Source of the DNA: an uncultured Bacteroidales bacterium
Lineage (GTDB): Bacteria > Bacteroidota > Bacteroidia > Bacteroidales > WCHB1-69
Length of the DNA stretch: 53,245 nucleotides
Direction: 5' to 3'
Assembly (NCBI GenBank): GCA_905236885.1
Contig: CAJOQK010000120.1
Location: 1 to 53,245, forward strand
Shown: positions 27,892 to 37,560 of the stretch, piece after piece
How the letters are laid out: every line of letters begins with the position of its first letter
How positions within the stretch are numbered: position 1 is the stretch's first letter
Program-made: the position numbers and the translations under genes
The notes under the pieces: model-generated
Told to the model about the DNA's origin: nothing
The model's input: the letters and a program-made list of their open reading frames with translations, nothing else
Database searches by the model: none

Positions 27892-29265
27892 TCATTCCTT
27901 GAACCGGATCCATTTCCATAACTCTTTGTAAGTTATTTTTTTACCATACATCAAAATACCGGTCCGGTAGATTTTTGCGGCGGCTTTGACGGAAATCATG
28001 CAGCCGATGAGCATGAGTGCGCAGGAGAGCAGTATTTCCCAGTCCTGCACCGCTGCAGCTCCGAACGGGATACGGATCAGCATGGCTATGGGGGCTGTGA
28101 ACGGGATGATGGAGCACCAGAATGCCAACGGTCCGTCCGGTTCGCTGATGATATAGGAACTCACCACAATCATCAGGATTAGGGGAATGGTCAGCGGAAG
28201 TGTGAACTGCTGTGTGTCCGTGTCGTTGTCCACGGCTGCGCCCACAGCTGCATACAGCGAGGCGTAGAGGAAATAGCCTGTTATGAAGAAAAAGATGAAG
28301 AGCAGGACCAACCGGGTGTAATCAATGGATTGTAAGGCGCGGACCACTTCATTGTCAGGTGTGGAGAGCTCATCATCCGCACCCCATTGGGTTGTGAAGT
28401 TGGTGTAGTTGGCCGCCTGTTGTTGTGGCACCTCAATGGCGGAACGCTCCTGTACACTGAACACCTCCGGCATGGTGGCTTTGCAGATGGTCAGGATGCC
28501 TGTAAGCAGCACCACCCAAATCAGCAGTTGGGTAATGCCGATCAGGGCAATGCCGACGATTTTCCCAATCATCAGCTGGACCGGTTTGACGGAGGAGACG
28601 ATGATTTCCACCACGCGGTTGCTCTTCTCCTCCAAAACGCCGCGCAAAACCATGGAGCAGTACATGAAAATGAAGAAATAGATGATGATGCCCACCACCA
28701 TTCCCATGATTTGCTGCACATCCTTCACGTATGAGGATTGTTGTGTCTCGCTCATGTCCTCATTGATGAACATTTGTCCTAACATGATTTTGTCCGTTTG
28801 CCGGGCGATGTAGAGGTTGAGCGAATCCTGGTCAATGCCGAACTCGTCGGTCAGGATTTCATCGGTCAGGTTCTGTTTCATGGCGGCCAAAATGTTGGAC
28901 ATCACTCCGGAACCTAAGGGCGAGGTGGTATAGACCATGCCTCCGATCTGGGTGCTGTTGTAGGGAATGTAGAGCACGGCATTGTACAGGCCTTCCACAA
29001 GTCCCTCTTTCAGTTCGTTCAGGGGTGCCGACAGGTATTTGAAATGAATCTCCTTATCGTTGCCGCTGTTGAGCTTTTGGAAGAGGTTGGACTCGTCCAG
29101 CACGGCAATGTTCACATCGTTGTTGGATCGGGTGGCGAGAATGGCCGGTGTGACAATCAGCGCAGCCATCAGGATGGGACCCAGGATGGTCAGCACCAGG
29201 AAGGATTTTTTACGGACGGCCTGATTGTATTCCCTCCGGATGATGGTCATGATTTTACGCATCAT
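27892..29265 (-). CDS. ABC-2 type transporter permease (NatB-like)
   Basis: 457 aa. One N-terminal helix, a large extracytoplasmic loop, then a C-terminal 5-helix bundle. Overlaps the upstream ATPase gene by 11 nt. Confidence 0.75.
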   Translation of the reverse strand: MMRKIMTIIRREYNQAVRKKSFLVLTILGPILMAALIVTPAILATRSNNDVNIAVLDESNLFQKLNSGNDKEIHFKYLSAPLNELKEGLVEGLYNAVLYIPYNSTQIGGMVYTTSPLGSGVMSNILAAMKQNLTDEILTDEFGIDQDSLNLYIARQTDKIMLGQMFINEDMSETQQSSYVKDVQQIMGMVVGIIIYFFIFMYCSMVLRGVLEEKSNRVVEIIVSSVKPVQLMIGKIVGIALIGITQLLIWVVLLTGILTICKATMPEVFSVQERSAIEVPQQQAANYTNFTTQWGADDELSTPDNEVVRALQSIDYTRLVLLFIFFFITGYFLYASLYAAVGAAVDNDTDTQQFTLPLTIPLILMIVVSSYIISEPDGPLAFWCSIIPFTAPIAMLIRIPFGAAAVQDWEILLSCALMLIGCMISVKAAAKIYRTGILMYGKKITYKELWKWIRFKE

Positions 29266-30193
29266 CGCCTCCTTTCCCCATCCGGTTCACTTGGGAGATG
29301 AATATCTCGTTCATGTCGGGCAGCATTTCGCGGAAAGAGATGATCTGCACATGCGGCAGCAGAGCTTCCAGCAAATGGTTGGCGGAAGCCTGCGGCTGTA
29401 GCTGCAAACAGCTTTTCCAATGGTTGAAAACGGGTTCGGTTTGCATGACTTGGAACAAATCTGTCTGAATATCCGAAAGGTCTTTGTTTTCTTCGGTGTT
29501 GTATTCCACCTCAAACAGGTGTTTTCGGAAGCGGTTTTTGATTTCGTGGATATTTCCCTCCAGAATTTTTTGGGAACGGTTGATGAGTACAATGTCATCG
29601 CACAACTCTTCCACCGAGGACATGTTGTGGGTGGAGAAGATGATGGTGGCGCCCTTTTCCTTCAAATGTAAAATCTCCTGTTTCAACAAATTGGCGTTGA
29701 TTGGGTCGAAGCCGCTGAATGGTTCGTCAAAGATGAAGAAAGGCGGTTCGTGAATCACCGTCACAATAAACTGCAGTTTTTGCTGCATGCCTTTGGAAAG
29801 CTCTTCCACATGTCGGTTCCACCAGGAGGAGATTTCAAATTTTTCGAACCAGTATTTGAGCCGCCGTTCCGCCTCCTTTTTGGGGACACCTTTCAGTTGG
29901 GCCAGATACACAGCTTGTTCTCCGACCTTCATTTTGCGGTAGAGTCCGCGCTCCTCCGGCAGATAGCCGATCAATGCGATATGTTTCCGCGAAAGCTTTT
30001 CCCCTCTGAAAAAGATTTCCCCCTCATCCGGTGCGGTGATTTGGTTGATGATGCGGATCAGGGTGGTTTTTCCCGCACCATTGGGTCCCAATAGCCCCAA
30101 AATCTTGTGCTCGCCTACGGACATACTGACATCGTCCAAGGCGACGGTATCGGAAAATCGCTTGGAAATGTGTTGAATCTTTAATATATCCAT
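29255..30193 (-). CDS. ABC transporter ATP-binding protein (NatA-like)
   Basis: Walker A GPNGAGKTT, signature LSKGMQQK, Walker B FFIFDEP. Confidence 0.88.
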   Translation of the reverse strand: MDILKIQHISKRFSDTVALDDVSMSVGEHKILGLLGPNGAGKTTLIRIINQITAPDEGEIFFRGEKLSRKHIALIGYLPEERGLYRKMKVGEQAVYLAQLKGVPKKEAERRLKYWFEKFEISSWWNRHVEELSKGMQQKLQFIVTVIHEPPFFIFDEPFSGFDPINANLLKQEILHLKEKGATIIFSTHNMSSVEELCDDIVLINRSQKILEGNIHEIKNRFRKHLFEVEYNTEENKDLSDIQTDLFQVMQTEPVFNHWKSCLQLQPQASANHLLEALLPHVQIISFREMLPDMNEIFISQVNRMGKGGDDA

Positions 30194-30199
30194 ATATCG

Positions 30200-30538
30200 T
30201 CAGTCCGCTGTTTCCGTTTGTTGGGACAAATCCGGTTTGCCTTTAGGTTTCGGGAAATCCTTGGATTTGTCAATCTGTTTTTTAAGGGCATCTGCCGCCA
30301 GGTCGGTGGCCTCTTCAAAAGTGTTGCACTGTTTGCTCGCTATCAAATCGTTCCCTTTGATTTTCAAGCGTATGTCCACTATCTTGTTGTTGGGCTTTTC
30401 CGGGCTTTCCAATTTGAGGGTCACGTCGCATCCGATGATGCCGTCCAGATGTTTTCCCAATTTCTCCACTTTTTTGGTGATAAACTGCTCCAGTGACTGG
30501 TCTGCTTTGAAATGCACGGATTGAATGTTGATGTTCAT
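30200..30538 (-). CDS. hpf: Ribosome hibernation-promoting factor / RaiA family
   Basis: 112 aa. The opening MNINIQSVHFKADQSLEQFITKKVEKL is typical of the sigma54-modulation/HPF family. Confidence 0.8.
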   Translation of the reverse strand: MNINIQSVHFKADQSLEQFITKKVEKLGKHLDGIIGCDVTLKLESPEKPNNKIVDIRLKIKGNDLIASKQCNTFEEATDLAADALKKQIDKSKDFPKPKGKPDLSQQTETAD

Positions 30539-30550
30539 GATACTAAAGTT

Positions 30551-31441
30551 TTATTCCCTTGGATGGGATTGTTTATAAATTTTTTTCAAATGGGCGATGG
30601 AGGTGTGGGTGTAGACCTGTGTTGCTGACAGGTTGGCGTGTCCCAGAAGCTCCTTGATTGCGTTGATGTCCGCCCCTTCGTTCAACAGGTGTGTGGCAAA
30701 GGTGTGCCGCAGCACATGCGGACTTTTCTGCTGTACGGAAACCGTTTCCAGATATTGGTGCATGCGCCGGTAAACCAGCATGGGGTAGAGCTGCTCCCCC
30801 TTGTCGGTCACAAACAGGAAGTCATCCCTGTGGATGGTGCCGAACAGCTCTTCCCGTTTGGAAAGGTAGAAAAGCAGCCGTTCCTTGTAGGCGATTGCAA
30901 AGGGTATGATGCGTTCCTTGTTTCGTTTGCCCAACACCTTGATGTGCATGCGGTACATGTCTACATCCCCGAAATGCAACTGGATCAGTTCGCTCAGTCG
31001 GATTCCCAAGGCATAGAAGGTTTCCAAAACTGTGTCGTCACGAATTTCTTCGAAGTTTTTCATTTGGGTGGCGGTGCTGTCCAGCAGGGTCAGCATTTGC
31101 GGCTCGCTCACAAAGGAGGGGAGCCGTTTGCTCTGTCTTGGGGAGGTGATTTTGTGCATCGGATTGACACGGATACGTTTTTCCGTATACAGAAATTTAT
31201 AGAAGGTTTTTAGGGCGGAAATTTTCCGTTTGATGCTTCTTGCCGACAATCCATTCTCGTACAGCTGGTTAATCCATGTTCGAATTTGCTGGTGGGTGGC
31301 GGCGGATGGCTCCTGCAATCCGAAGTTGTTCTGCAAAAAAAGAATAAATTGGCTCATATCGTTTTGATACGCCTCAACGGTATGGATGGAATCGCGTCTT
31401 TCGACTTTTAGATATTGCAGAAAATCAGTAAGCTCATCCAT
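30551..31441 (-). CDS. Tyrosine site-specific recombinase (XerC/XerD family)
   Basis: Catalytic signature R...HxLRHTFATHLL...Y (HVLRHTFATHLLNEGADI, LGHANLSATQVYTH). Lies in the conserved rpsU-recombinase-hpf context. Confidence 0.85.
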   Translation of the reverse strand: MDELTDFLQYLKVERRDSIHTVEAYQNDMSQFILFLQNNFGLQEPSAATHQQIRTWINQLYENGLSARSIKRKISALKTFYKFLYTEKRIRVNPMHKITSPRQSKRLPSFVSEPQMLTLLDSTATQMKNFEEIRDDTVLETFYALGIRLSELIQLHFGDVDMYRMHIKVLGKRNKERIIPFAIAYKERLLFYLSKREELFGTIHRDDFLFVTDKGEQLYPMLVYRRMHQYLETVSVQQKSPHVLRHTFATHLLNEGADINAIKELLGHANLSATQVYTHTSIAHLKKIYKQSHPRE

Positions 31442-31510
31442 AAAAAAAGTGTTACCTTATTTTTTGCAAAGATAACACTTTTTTTTATCTGAAAGAAGAT
31501 TCTTTCAAAA

Positions 31511-31705
31511 TTAATCCTCTTCCTGATTCCGCAAACGCTGCACATAAATGGCCTTGCGGATCTGTTCGCGCCGTATTACGGATTTTTTGGTGAATTTTTG
31601 TCTTTCGCGCAATTCTTTCACGACACCCGTCTTTTCGAATTTACGTTTGAATTTCTTCAACGCTTTTTCCACGTTTTCACCCTCTTTAACCGGAACGATG
31701 ATCAT
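31511..31705 (-). CDS. rpsU: 30S ribosomal protein S21
   Basis: 64-aa basic protein, MIIVPVKEGENVEKALKKFKRKFEKTG. Confidence 0.92.
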   Translation of the reverse strand: MIIVPVKEGENVEKALKKFKRKFEKTGVVKELRERQKFTKKSVIRREQIRKAIYVQRLRNQEED

Positions 31706-31753
31706 TAGTTATACCTCTTTTCTTTGTTGTTAATACTATTGATAATTGAGGTG

Positions 31754-31761
31754 CAAAAGTA
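31754..31761 (-). promoter_or_regulatory. -7 promoter motif for rpsU
   Basis: The reverse complement reads TACTTTTG, 49 nt upstream of the start at 31705. Confidence 0.55.
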
Positions 31762-32009
31762 GATAAATTTGCAATATAAAATGCGAATTTTTGAAATTTT
31801 TTTTTCTTGTCCGCAAGTCAGGCCAAACGGAACCGAAAATACGGCACATTTGTTATTTTTCTGTCATTTTTGCCCGAAGTGATGCGGCATATTCTTGGAT
31901 ATTGGAGGGGAGATGAGTGGTTTTATGCCTGTAATTGCCAAAAAATCAATAGATAGCGATTGTGAAATTTTTTTTATGGAAATAATATGTTTTATATTTA
32001 AAAATGTTG

Positions 32010-32017
32010 TACTTTTG
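32010..32017 (+). promoter_or_regulatory. -7 promoter motif for the tRNA-Leu/tRNA-Gly pair
   Basis: TACTTTTG lies about 60 nt upstream of tRNA-Leu. Confidence 0.5.
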
Positions 32018-32077
32018 CATCCGGTTTTAGGGCAGTGCGTTGTCTTGAATGCCACACGTTATTTGAAACGGCATTTT

Positions 32078-32165
32078 GCCTTGGTGGTGGAATTGGTAGA
32101 CACGCGGGACTTAAAATCCCGTGGCCATTATGGCCTTGCGGGTTCAAGTCCCGCCCGGGGTACCA
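32078..32165 (+). tRNA. tRNA-Leu (anticodon TAA), long variable arm, CCA encoded
   Basis: D-arm GTGGAATTGGTAGACAC, anticodon loop CTTAAAA, variable arm GTGGCCATTATGGCCTT, T-arm GCGGGTTCAAGTCCCGC. The acceptor stem pairs with three G-U wobbles. Confidence 0.85.
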
Positions 32166-32174
32166 TCACTACAT

Positions 32175-32250
<76 letters not shown>

Positions 32251-32251
32251 A

Positions 32252-32290
32252 AGAGAGAACAGCTGAAAAGGTTGCTCTCTCTTTTCTTTT
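32252..32290 (+). terminator. Probable terminator after tRNA-Gly
   Basis: Imperfect stem of about 11 bp, AGAGAGAACAGC / GTTGCTCTCTCT, followed by TTTTCTTTTT. Confidence 0.6.
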
Positions 32291-32332
32291 TCCCTTTTTC
32301 GGTTTTCTTGTCGGGGAGATCTTAGAAGTTCA

Positions 32333-32364
32333 CAAAAAAAAATCGGGTGAGACCATCACCCGAT
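32333..32364 (-). terminator. Intrinsic terminator after rpsT (minus strand)
   Basis: ATCGGGTGA-GACCA-TCACCCGAT hairpin followed on the minus strand by T9. Confidence 0.8.
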
Positions 32365-32391
32365 TTACTTAATATTAACCTTTTAAAAAAC

Positions 32392-32646
32392 TTATGCCAT
32401 TTTGTTAATTTGAACCATGATTCCGGATTTGAGATTGGCGGCTTTGTTCTTGTGGATAATTCCTTTCTTGGCCACTTTGTCAATCAGGGAGACCACGGAG
32501 GGCAGCTTGGCTTTCGCCTCGTTCATGTCCTGGGTGTTTCTGATTTTCTTGATCGCATTACGCATGGTTTTCGCCCAATAGCGGTTGACCAGTCTTCTTT
32601 TTTCGTTTTCTCTAATCCGTTTTAACTGTGACTTATGATTTGCCAT
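32392..32646 (-). CDS. rpsT: 30S ribosomal protein S20
   Basis: 84 aa. MANHKSQLKRIRENEKRRLVNR opening. Confidence 0.92.
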   Translation of the reverse strand: MANHKSQLKRIRENEKRRLVNRYWAKTMRNAIKKIRNTQDMNEAKAKLPSVVSLIDKVAKKGIIHKNKAANLKSGIMVQINKMA

Positions 32647-32691
32647 CTTTAAAAAATATATTTACTTATCCTTTATACCAAATTTTGAGTT

Positions 32692-32699
32692 GCAAAAGT
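32692..32699 (-). promoter_or_regulatory. -7 promoter motif for rpsT
   Basis: The reverse complement reads TACTTTTG, 46 nt upstream of the start at 32646. Confidence 0.55.
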
Positions 32700-32872
32700 A
32701 CAACTTTTTGCAATAGCATATTCCAAAAATCACATAAAAAAATGTGTTTGTCGTAAATGTTTTTAAATCAGTATAATAATGTGCGTTTATAGTTGTAATT
32801 GAATGTTAAAATGGCATTGGGGGCGCATCGGAAGGCCTTTGGAAAAAACGGAATTGGCAGTTTTTTCCCATT

Positions 32873-33649
32873 CTACCAGTCCAGATGGGAGGGAAATTTT
32901 TCCCGGAATTCGTTCAGGGCGGAAAGGGAGAGGGTCGCGCTCATGGTGCCTTCTTCCCCTTCGGGCAGTTCCTTGATGATATTGCCCTTGAAATCAATTA
33001 TCATGCTTCCTCCGCTGTGGCGGATGCCGTTGCTGTCCGTGCCGGTACGGTTGACAAGCAACAGGTAAGCTTCATTTTCAATGGCGCGGGCCTGTGCGAG
33101 GGTGCGCAGGACCTGTTGCCGGCTGTGAGGCCAGTTGGCGATGACAATCAGGCAGTCATACAGGAAGGTTCCGTTATGGTAGCTGTTCCTGCAGCCTTCC
33201 GGAAAGCGGAGGTCGTAGCATATCTGCGGAAATAGTTTCCAACCCTTACAGTGGAAAACAGTTTTCTTTTTTCCTGGGGAAAAATATCCGTTTTCATCGC
33301 CCATGCGGAAAAGATGCCGTTTGTCGTAGTGAAATGTGCTGCCTGAAGGGGAAAAATAGTGCATCCGGTTGTACAGAAGGCTCTTTTCCCGGACCGCCAC
33401 ACCGGCAATGATGCCCATGTCGTGCTGTCGCGCCCATGATGCGAAAGTCTGCAGTCGGGGGCTTCCGGTGGCTTCACCGGTCAGGGTGCCGTCAGTGACA
33501 AAACCTGTCAGGCACATCTCCGGAAGCAGGAATAGGTCGCTTTTTCCGGCCGCTTGCCGGATATAGGACTCATAGCGAGCCATGTTCTCATCGGGCGAAT
33601 TCCATGCGATGTCGCTTTGGCAGAGTGTGATGCGGAGTTCCTCGTTCAT
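32873..33649 (-). CDS. Carbon-nitrogen hydrolase family protein (nitrilase/omega-amidase, YafV-like)
   Basis: The start at 33649 (MNEELRITLCQSDIAW) gives a 258-aa CN-hydrolase with E (LFLLPEM), K and C (LFPQICYDLRFPE) catalytic contexts. A 4-nt ATGA overlap joins it to the mltG stop. The longer track start 33754 would run antisense-free but inside mltG. Confidence 0.75.
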   Translation of the reverse strand: MNEELRITLCQSDIAWNSPDENMARYESYIRQAAGKSDLFLLPEMCLTGFVTDGTLTGEATGSPRLQTFASWARQHDMGIIAGVAVREKSLLYNRMHYFSPSGSTFHYDKRHLFRMGDENGYFSPGKKKTVFHCKGWKLFPQICYDLRFPEGCRNSYHNGTFLYDCLIVIANWPHSRQQVLRTLAQARAIENEAYLLLVNRTGTDSNGIRHSGGSMIIDFKGNIIKELPEGEEGTMSATLSLSALNEFREKFPSHLDW

Positions 33650-34674
33650 TTTTTCAGGCGGTTGAGTGCGGTGTGGTAGCGGTACGCATTGGCGGCATGC
33701 ACGGCGGCGCTTTGTGTGAAATTGTGGTAGCCGGAAAAATCCTCCTTGGCACACATATATATATAAGGATGGTGTTCATAGTTCAGTACGGCGTCAATGG
33801 CGGAGATGGAGGCCATGCGGATGGGGCCTGGCGGCAGGCCTGTCTGTTTGTAGGTGTTGTAGGGGGAGTCAATTTCCAAATCTTTGTAAAGCAGACGGCT
33901 TTTGGCGAAATCACCGATTGCGAATTTGACGGTCGGGTCGGATTGCAGCAGCATGTTTTTCCGCAGCCGGTTGATGTAGAGTCCGGCAATGCGCGGCTGT
34001 TCGTCCGGGCGGAAGTTTTCCTCTTCCACGATGGAGGCCAGGGTCATCACTTCCAAAGGGGAGAGCGGGATTGCAGCGGCCTTCTCTATCCGTCTTGCAT
34101 TCCAGAAACGCAGATATTCCTGGTGCATCCGTCGGATGAATTCCTGCGTGGAACTGTTCCACCAACACTCGTAGGTGTTGGGGATGAAAAGGCAGATGGC
34201 TGTGGCGCTGTCCACTCCGTAGGTTTGCAGCAGGGTGTCCTGCAGCAGCGTTTGGAGGAAGGCGGCGGAATCGAATTCCAATTGTCCTGCCAGACGTTGC
34301 GCCAGTTGTGGCAATGTGCGGATGTTGTTAAAGGAAATTCTTACCGCTGTTTGGTTGCCGGAGCGGATGTTGCGCACCAGCGTGAGGTTGCCGAGTGTCC
34401 GGTTCAGGCGGTAGCGTCCGGAACGGAGATGGCCGGGCAGGTGGCTTGCCTGCGCCACCCATTGGAAACTGCGTGGATGCTTGAGAATTTGGGCGCTGTC
34501 CAACAGGTTCAACAAACTGTTGTAGTCGCTGCCACTCGGAATGTAGAGATATTCGGGCGCATCGGTGCGGATGTTCGGCTGGTATAGTATACGGTAGCCG
34601 GTGTATGCGCCTCCGATACCGGCCATGGCAAGGACTGCCAACGCGCAAATTAGTATTTTGAAGGATTTTTTCAT
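33646..34674 (-). CDS. mltG: Endolytic murein transglycosylase MltG (YceG-like)
   Basis: N-terminal membrane anchor and YceG motifs (ASIVEEE, SDPTVKF, SPYNTYKQTGLPPGPI). Confidence 0.85.
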   Translation of the reverse strand: MKKSFKILICALAVLAMAGIGGAYTGYRILYQPNIRTDAPEYLYIPSGSDYNSLLNLLDSAQILKHPRSFQWVAQASHLPGHLRSGRYRLNRTLGNLTLVRNIRSGNQTAVRISFNNIRTLPQLAQRLAGQLEFDSAAFLQTLLQDTLLQTYGVDSATAICLFIPNTYECWWNSSTQEFIRRMHQEYLRFWNARRIEKAAAIPLSPLEVMTLASIVEEENFRPDEQPRIAGLYINRLRKNMLLQSDPTVKFAIGDFAKSRLLYKDLEIDSPYNTYKQTGLPPGPIRMASISAIDAVLNYEHHPYIYMCAKEDFSGYHNFTQSAAVHAANAYRYHTALNRLKK

Positions 34675-35201
34675 CAGTTTTCAACAATGTATTGGAAAAA
34701 CAGCTCGTCTTCCCACTGGTTACGGTTAATCTGCCGCCATGCCTTGAAATGGCCGCACTGGATGAAGCCCGCCTGCGTGAAGAGGCGTAGACTGGCTTCG
34801 TTGGACGGGGCGATGCTGCAATGGAGCTGTTTCAGTTTCAAAGTTTTGAAAGCGTATTGTTTCAGCAGTTCCAGGCATTCGGACGCATGCCCTTTTCCAC
34901 GGTAGTCCGAATGCAGCAGAATGCCCACGCCTGCGCGAAGGTGGTTGGGCTCAAAGTCGTACAGGTCCACGCAGCCGATGGCGTTTCCGCTTGTCGTTTC
35001 AACAATCACAAACCTGATTTGTTTGAGGGTGAAAATGTCCTGGTTTGCGCAGCTGAGAATGTATTGTTCCAAGGTGTGGCGCGAGAAGGGTGCCAGAGTG
35101 TTGCTGACAGCCCAGTTTTCAGGGTTGTTTTCCAGATCGTAGAGCCAGTCGATGTCCTCCAATTCCATGGCTCTCAAAAAAATTTGCCTGCCTGTGATCA
35201 T
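34674..35201 (-). CDS. GNAT family N-acetyltransferase (RimJ/RimL-like)
   Basis: 175 aa. The acetyl-CoA binding segment (YRGKGHASECLELLKQYAF) is typical of the GNAT fold. Confidence 0.75.
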   Translation of the reverse strand: MITGRQIFLRAMELEDIDWLYDLENNPENWAVSNTLAPFSRHTLEQYILSCANQDIFTLKQIRFVIVETTSGNAIGCVDLYDFEPNHLRAGVGILLHSDYRGKGHASECLELLKQYAFKTLKLKQLHCSIAPSNEASLRLFTQAGFIQCGHFKAWRQINRNQWEDELFFQYIVEN

Positions 35202-35980
35202 GCCTTCTGGGAAAATTCTTGTTTGAGCAGGTTCCGCAATGCTTTTTCATCAATGTCCTCATGGATTATTCCGTTGATGCAGTAGGAGATGTGGCCTGTC
35301 TGCTCTGATACGATGAGGCTTATGCAGTCGGAATTTTCAGTGACCCCGATTGAGGCGCGGTGGCGTAATCCCAAATGGGAAGGAATGTGTTCATTTTGCG
35401 AAACAGGAAGGATGCATCTGGCTGCCAACAGTTTTCCGTTGCGGATTATAAGCGCACCGTCGTGTAGGGGGGTGTTCTTGAAGAAGATGGTCTCGATCAG
35501 TTCGTTTGAAATCTCCGCATTGATGTATTCTCCAGTATGCACAATGTCGTCCAGTGTGTTTTCCTTGGTGATGATGATGAGGGCACCAGTGTAGGAGGCG
35601 GACATGTTTTTACAGGCTTTCACCAAGTTCTCCACCTGCAGTTGGGAAAAATTGTTGGAAGTGGTTTTCAGCCATTTGATATTGCTGATAAAGTTATTGT
35701 TGCCTAAAAAGAGGAAGAATTTCCGGATTTCCGGCTGGAAAATGACAATGAGCGCGATGACACCCACGCTCAGGAATGTGCCGATGATTTCAGAGAGCAG
35801 ATCCATGTGCAGCAGCAGAAAAACCCGCCACAGCAGGTAGAAGAGGAACACGCCGATGAAAATCTTGATGGCGGCGGTGCCTTTCAGCCAGCGGAGCAGT
35901 GCGTAGAGCAGCAAGGTGACCATACATATGTCCAGTATGTCTGTCAGTCCGAATTCCAAAAAGCTGATGAATGAAAGCAT
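35198..35980 (-). CDS. cdaA: Diadenylate cyclase CdaA (c-di-AMP synthase)
   Basis: Three N-terminal TM helices and a DAC domain with GALIII, PLHDGALII and LGLRHRASIGVTE...SEQTGHIS motifs. Confidence 0.88.
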   Translation of the reverse strand: MLSFISFLEFGLTDILDICMVTLLLYALLRWLKGTAAIKIFIGVFLFYLLWRVFLLLHMDLLSEIIGTFLSVGVIALIVIFQPEIRKFFLFLGNNNFISNIKWLKTTSNNFSQLQVENLVKACKNMSASYTGALIIITKENTLDDIVHTGEYINAEISNELIETIFFKNTPLHDGALIIRNGKLLAARCILPVSQNEHIPSHLGLRHRASIGVTENSDCISLIVSEQTGHISYCINGIIHEDIDEKALRNLLKQEFSQKA

Positions 35981-35983
35981 ATT

Positions 35984-37003
35984 TTATTTTTTTACAGGCT
36001 TATATTGAGATTCTTTTAATATTTTTTGAGGTACTTTTTCTTCAAACAGGGCGGTGACAGGTGTCTGCGGGTTGTGCGCAATCCAGGAGCGGCATATCTG
36101 CCAACCCAGCCAGCTGCCCAAATTGCCCGGGGAGCTGTTGCCGAAGTAGGCGGTGTAGGGGGTCTCCCCAATCAGCTTGCGGGCCACAAGGTTGTCGTTG
36201 CCGTAAAGGTAGTTTTTCTGGATGAGGAAGCTCCACACGTCGTATTCGTTGATTTCCGCCCATCGGAGCTGGTCGGCGGTGTAGAGGCAGATGAGGCTGT
36301 CGGGAGCATCAGGCAGGGCTATTTCGGAAAACATCCAGCGTTTGCCCTCCAGAATCATGTCGTCCAGCAGGTTAGCGGAGGCATTGTTGCTGTGGATGAC
36401 CTGGTAGGAAAGGGCTTTCATACAGTCGCTGAGGATGTATTCTTTGCTCAAGTGCCGGCGGACAAAGTTCGGCAGGTATTCACCCATCTGCTTGTAATAG
36501 TGGTAGTCCGCTCCTAAGTACATGTCCAACGCGATGATGAGCACTGTGTCCACATAGATGATGGGGGATTCAAAGTCCATGCCCGAAACTATGGTATAGA
36601 TGCGCGGCGCCTTGAAGTTGGGGAAATGGTACTGCAGCCGTGCAAAGGCTTGCTGGAAACCTTTCTCCAGATCGGAAATGTCCGCATACTTCTCTTGCAC
36701 GTCCTTGTACAGGTTTTTGATGACAGGGTCGTTCAGATAGGCTTTCAAATCGGTGACGGACGGGTTGTCGCCTATGAAAAAGTCGTAGTCATTTCTCATT
36801 TTCTTCAGCCCTTCCGCCAGCGAGTCCTGTGGAAGTTTGGAAAGGGCCTGTTCATAGCGGTAGATGCGGACGGGATTCTCCTTTTCCAGTTTCTTGACCT
36901 CCTGTAAATTGGTTTTTGGCTGGTGTACCTCCTTTTTGTGTTTGCACCCGTTCAGGCCAAAATAGCCGATAATCAGCCATGTGAAGAGGATGATGCGTTT
37001 CAT
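35984..37003 (-). CDS. GldB-family lipoprotein (gliding-motility/T9SS-associated GldB-like, DUF2268-type)
   Basis: Lipobox GLNG-C. The central ...IIALDMYLG... and the C-terminal GSWLGWQICRSW...SQYKPVKK resemble my memory of Flavobacterium GldB. Not verified. Confidence 0.55.
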   Translation of the reverse strand: MKRIILFTWLIIGYFGLNGCKHKKEVHQPKTNLQEVKKLEKENPVRIYRYEQALSKLPQDSLAEGLKKMRNDYDFFIGDNPSVTDLKAYLNDPVIKNLYKDVQEKYADISDLEKGFQQAFARLQYHFPNFKAPRIYTIVSGMDFESPIIYVDTVLIIALDMYLGADYHYYKQMGEYLPNFVRRHLSKEYILSDCMKALSYQVIHSNNASANLLDDMILEGKRWMFSEIALPDAPDSLICLYTADQLRWAEINEYDVWSFLIQKNYLYGNDNLVARKLIGETPYTAYFGNSSPGNLGSWLGWQICRSWIAHNPQTPVTALFEEKVPQKILKESQYKPVKK

Positions 37004-37554
37004 TTGCTATAGGTAAATGGTGATACAAAATCCTTGAAAAATGGCGACTTTTGGTCCTTGTCGGAAATGACGGGGTCTTCAATGCCCCATTCCACATGGA
37101 TGTCGGGATCGTTCCAGCGGATGGCACCTTCCGACTCCTTGTTGTAGTAGTCGGTTGTCTTGTAGGCGAAAATGGTGTTGTCCTCCAAGGCAACGAACCC
37201 GTGTGCGAATCCCGCCGGAATCCAGAACATGTTGTTCTGTTCGGAGGAAAGCAGCGTTTTCACATATCGGCCGTAGGTGGGGGAGCCTTTGCGTATGTCC
37301 ACCGCAACATCCATGGCGCTGCCGGAGATGACACGCACCAGTTTCCCCTGTGCGAAGGGTGGTTTTTGGAAATGCAGGCCGCGAATCACATTTTTTGCGG
37401 AAAGCGACTGGTTGTCCTGTACAAAATCGGCGGTCAGGCCAAGCTCGGCCAGCCGTTCCTTATGGTATGACTCGAAAAAATAGCCCCTTGCGTCACCGAA
37501 TACCTTCGGCTGTATGACTTTCAGTTCGGGGATGGCAGTATCAATGATTTCCAT
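37000..37554 (-). CDS. rfbC: dTDP-4-dehydrorhamnose 3,5-epimerase
   Basis: 184 aa. RmlC motifs (FGDARGYFFESY, RGLHFQ, QGKLVRV, WIPAGFAHGF). Confidence 0.9.
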   Translation of the reverse strand: MEIIDTAIPELKVIQPKVFGDARGYFFESYHKERLAELGLTADFVQDNQSLSAKNVIRGLHFQKPPFAQGKLVRVISGSAMDVAVDIRKGSPTYGRYVKTLLSSEQNNMFWIPAGFAHGFVALEDNTIFAYKTTDYYNKESEGAIRWNDPDIHVEWGIEDPVISDKDQKSPFFKDFVSPFTYSK

Positions 37555-37560
37555 ATATGA

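Noticed and set aside
30551-31441. The tyrosine recombinase as a marker of an integrated mobile element.
   Set aside because: It sits in the rpsU-recombinase-hpf arrangement that I recall as conserved housekeeping context in Bacteroidales. There are no flanking direct repeats, no adjacent tRNA target and no cargo-like genes. It is most likely the chromosomal Xer-type recombinase.
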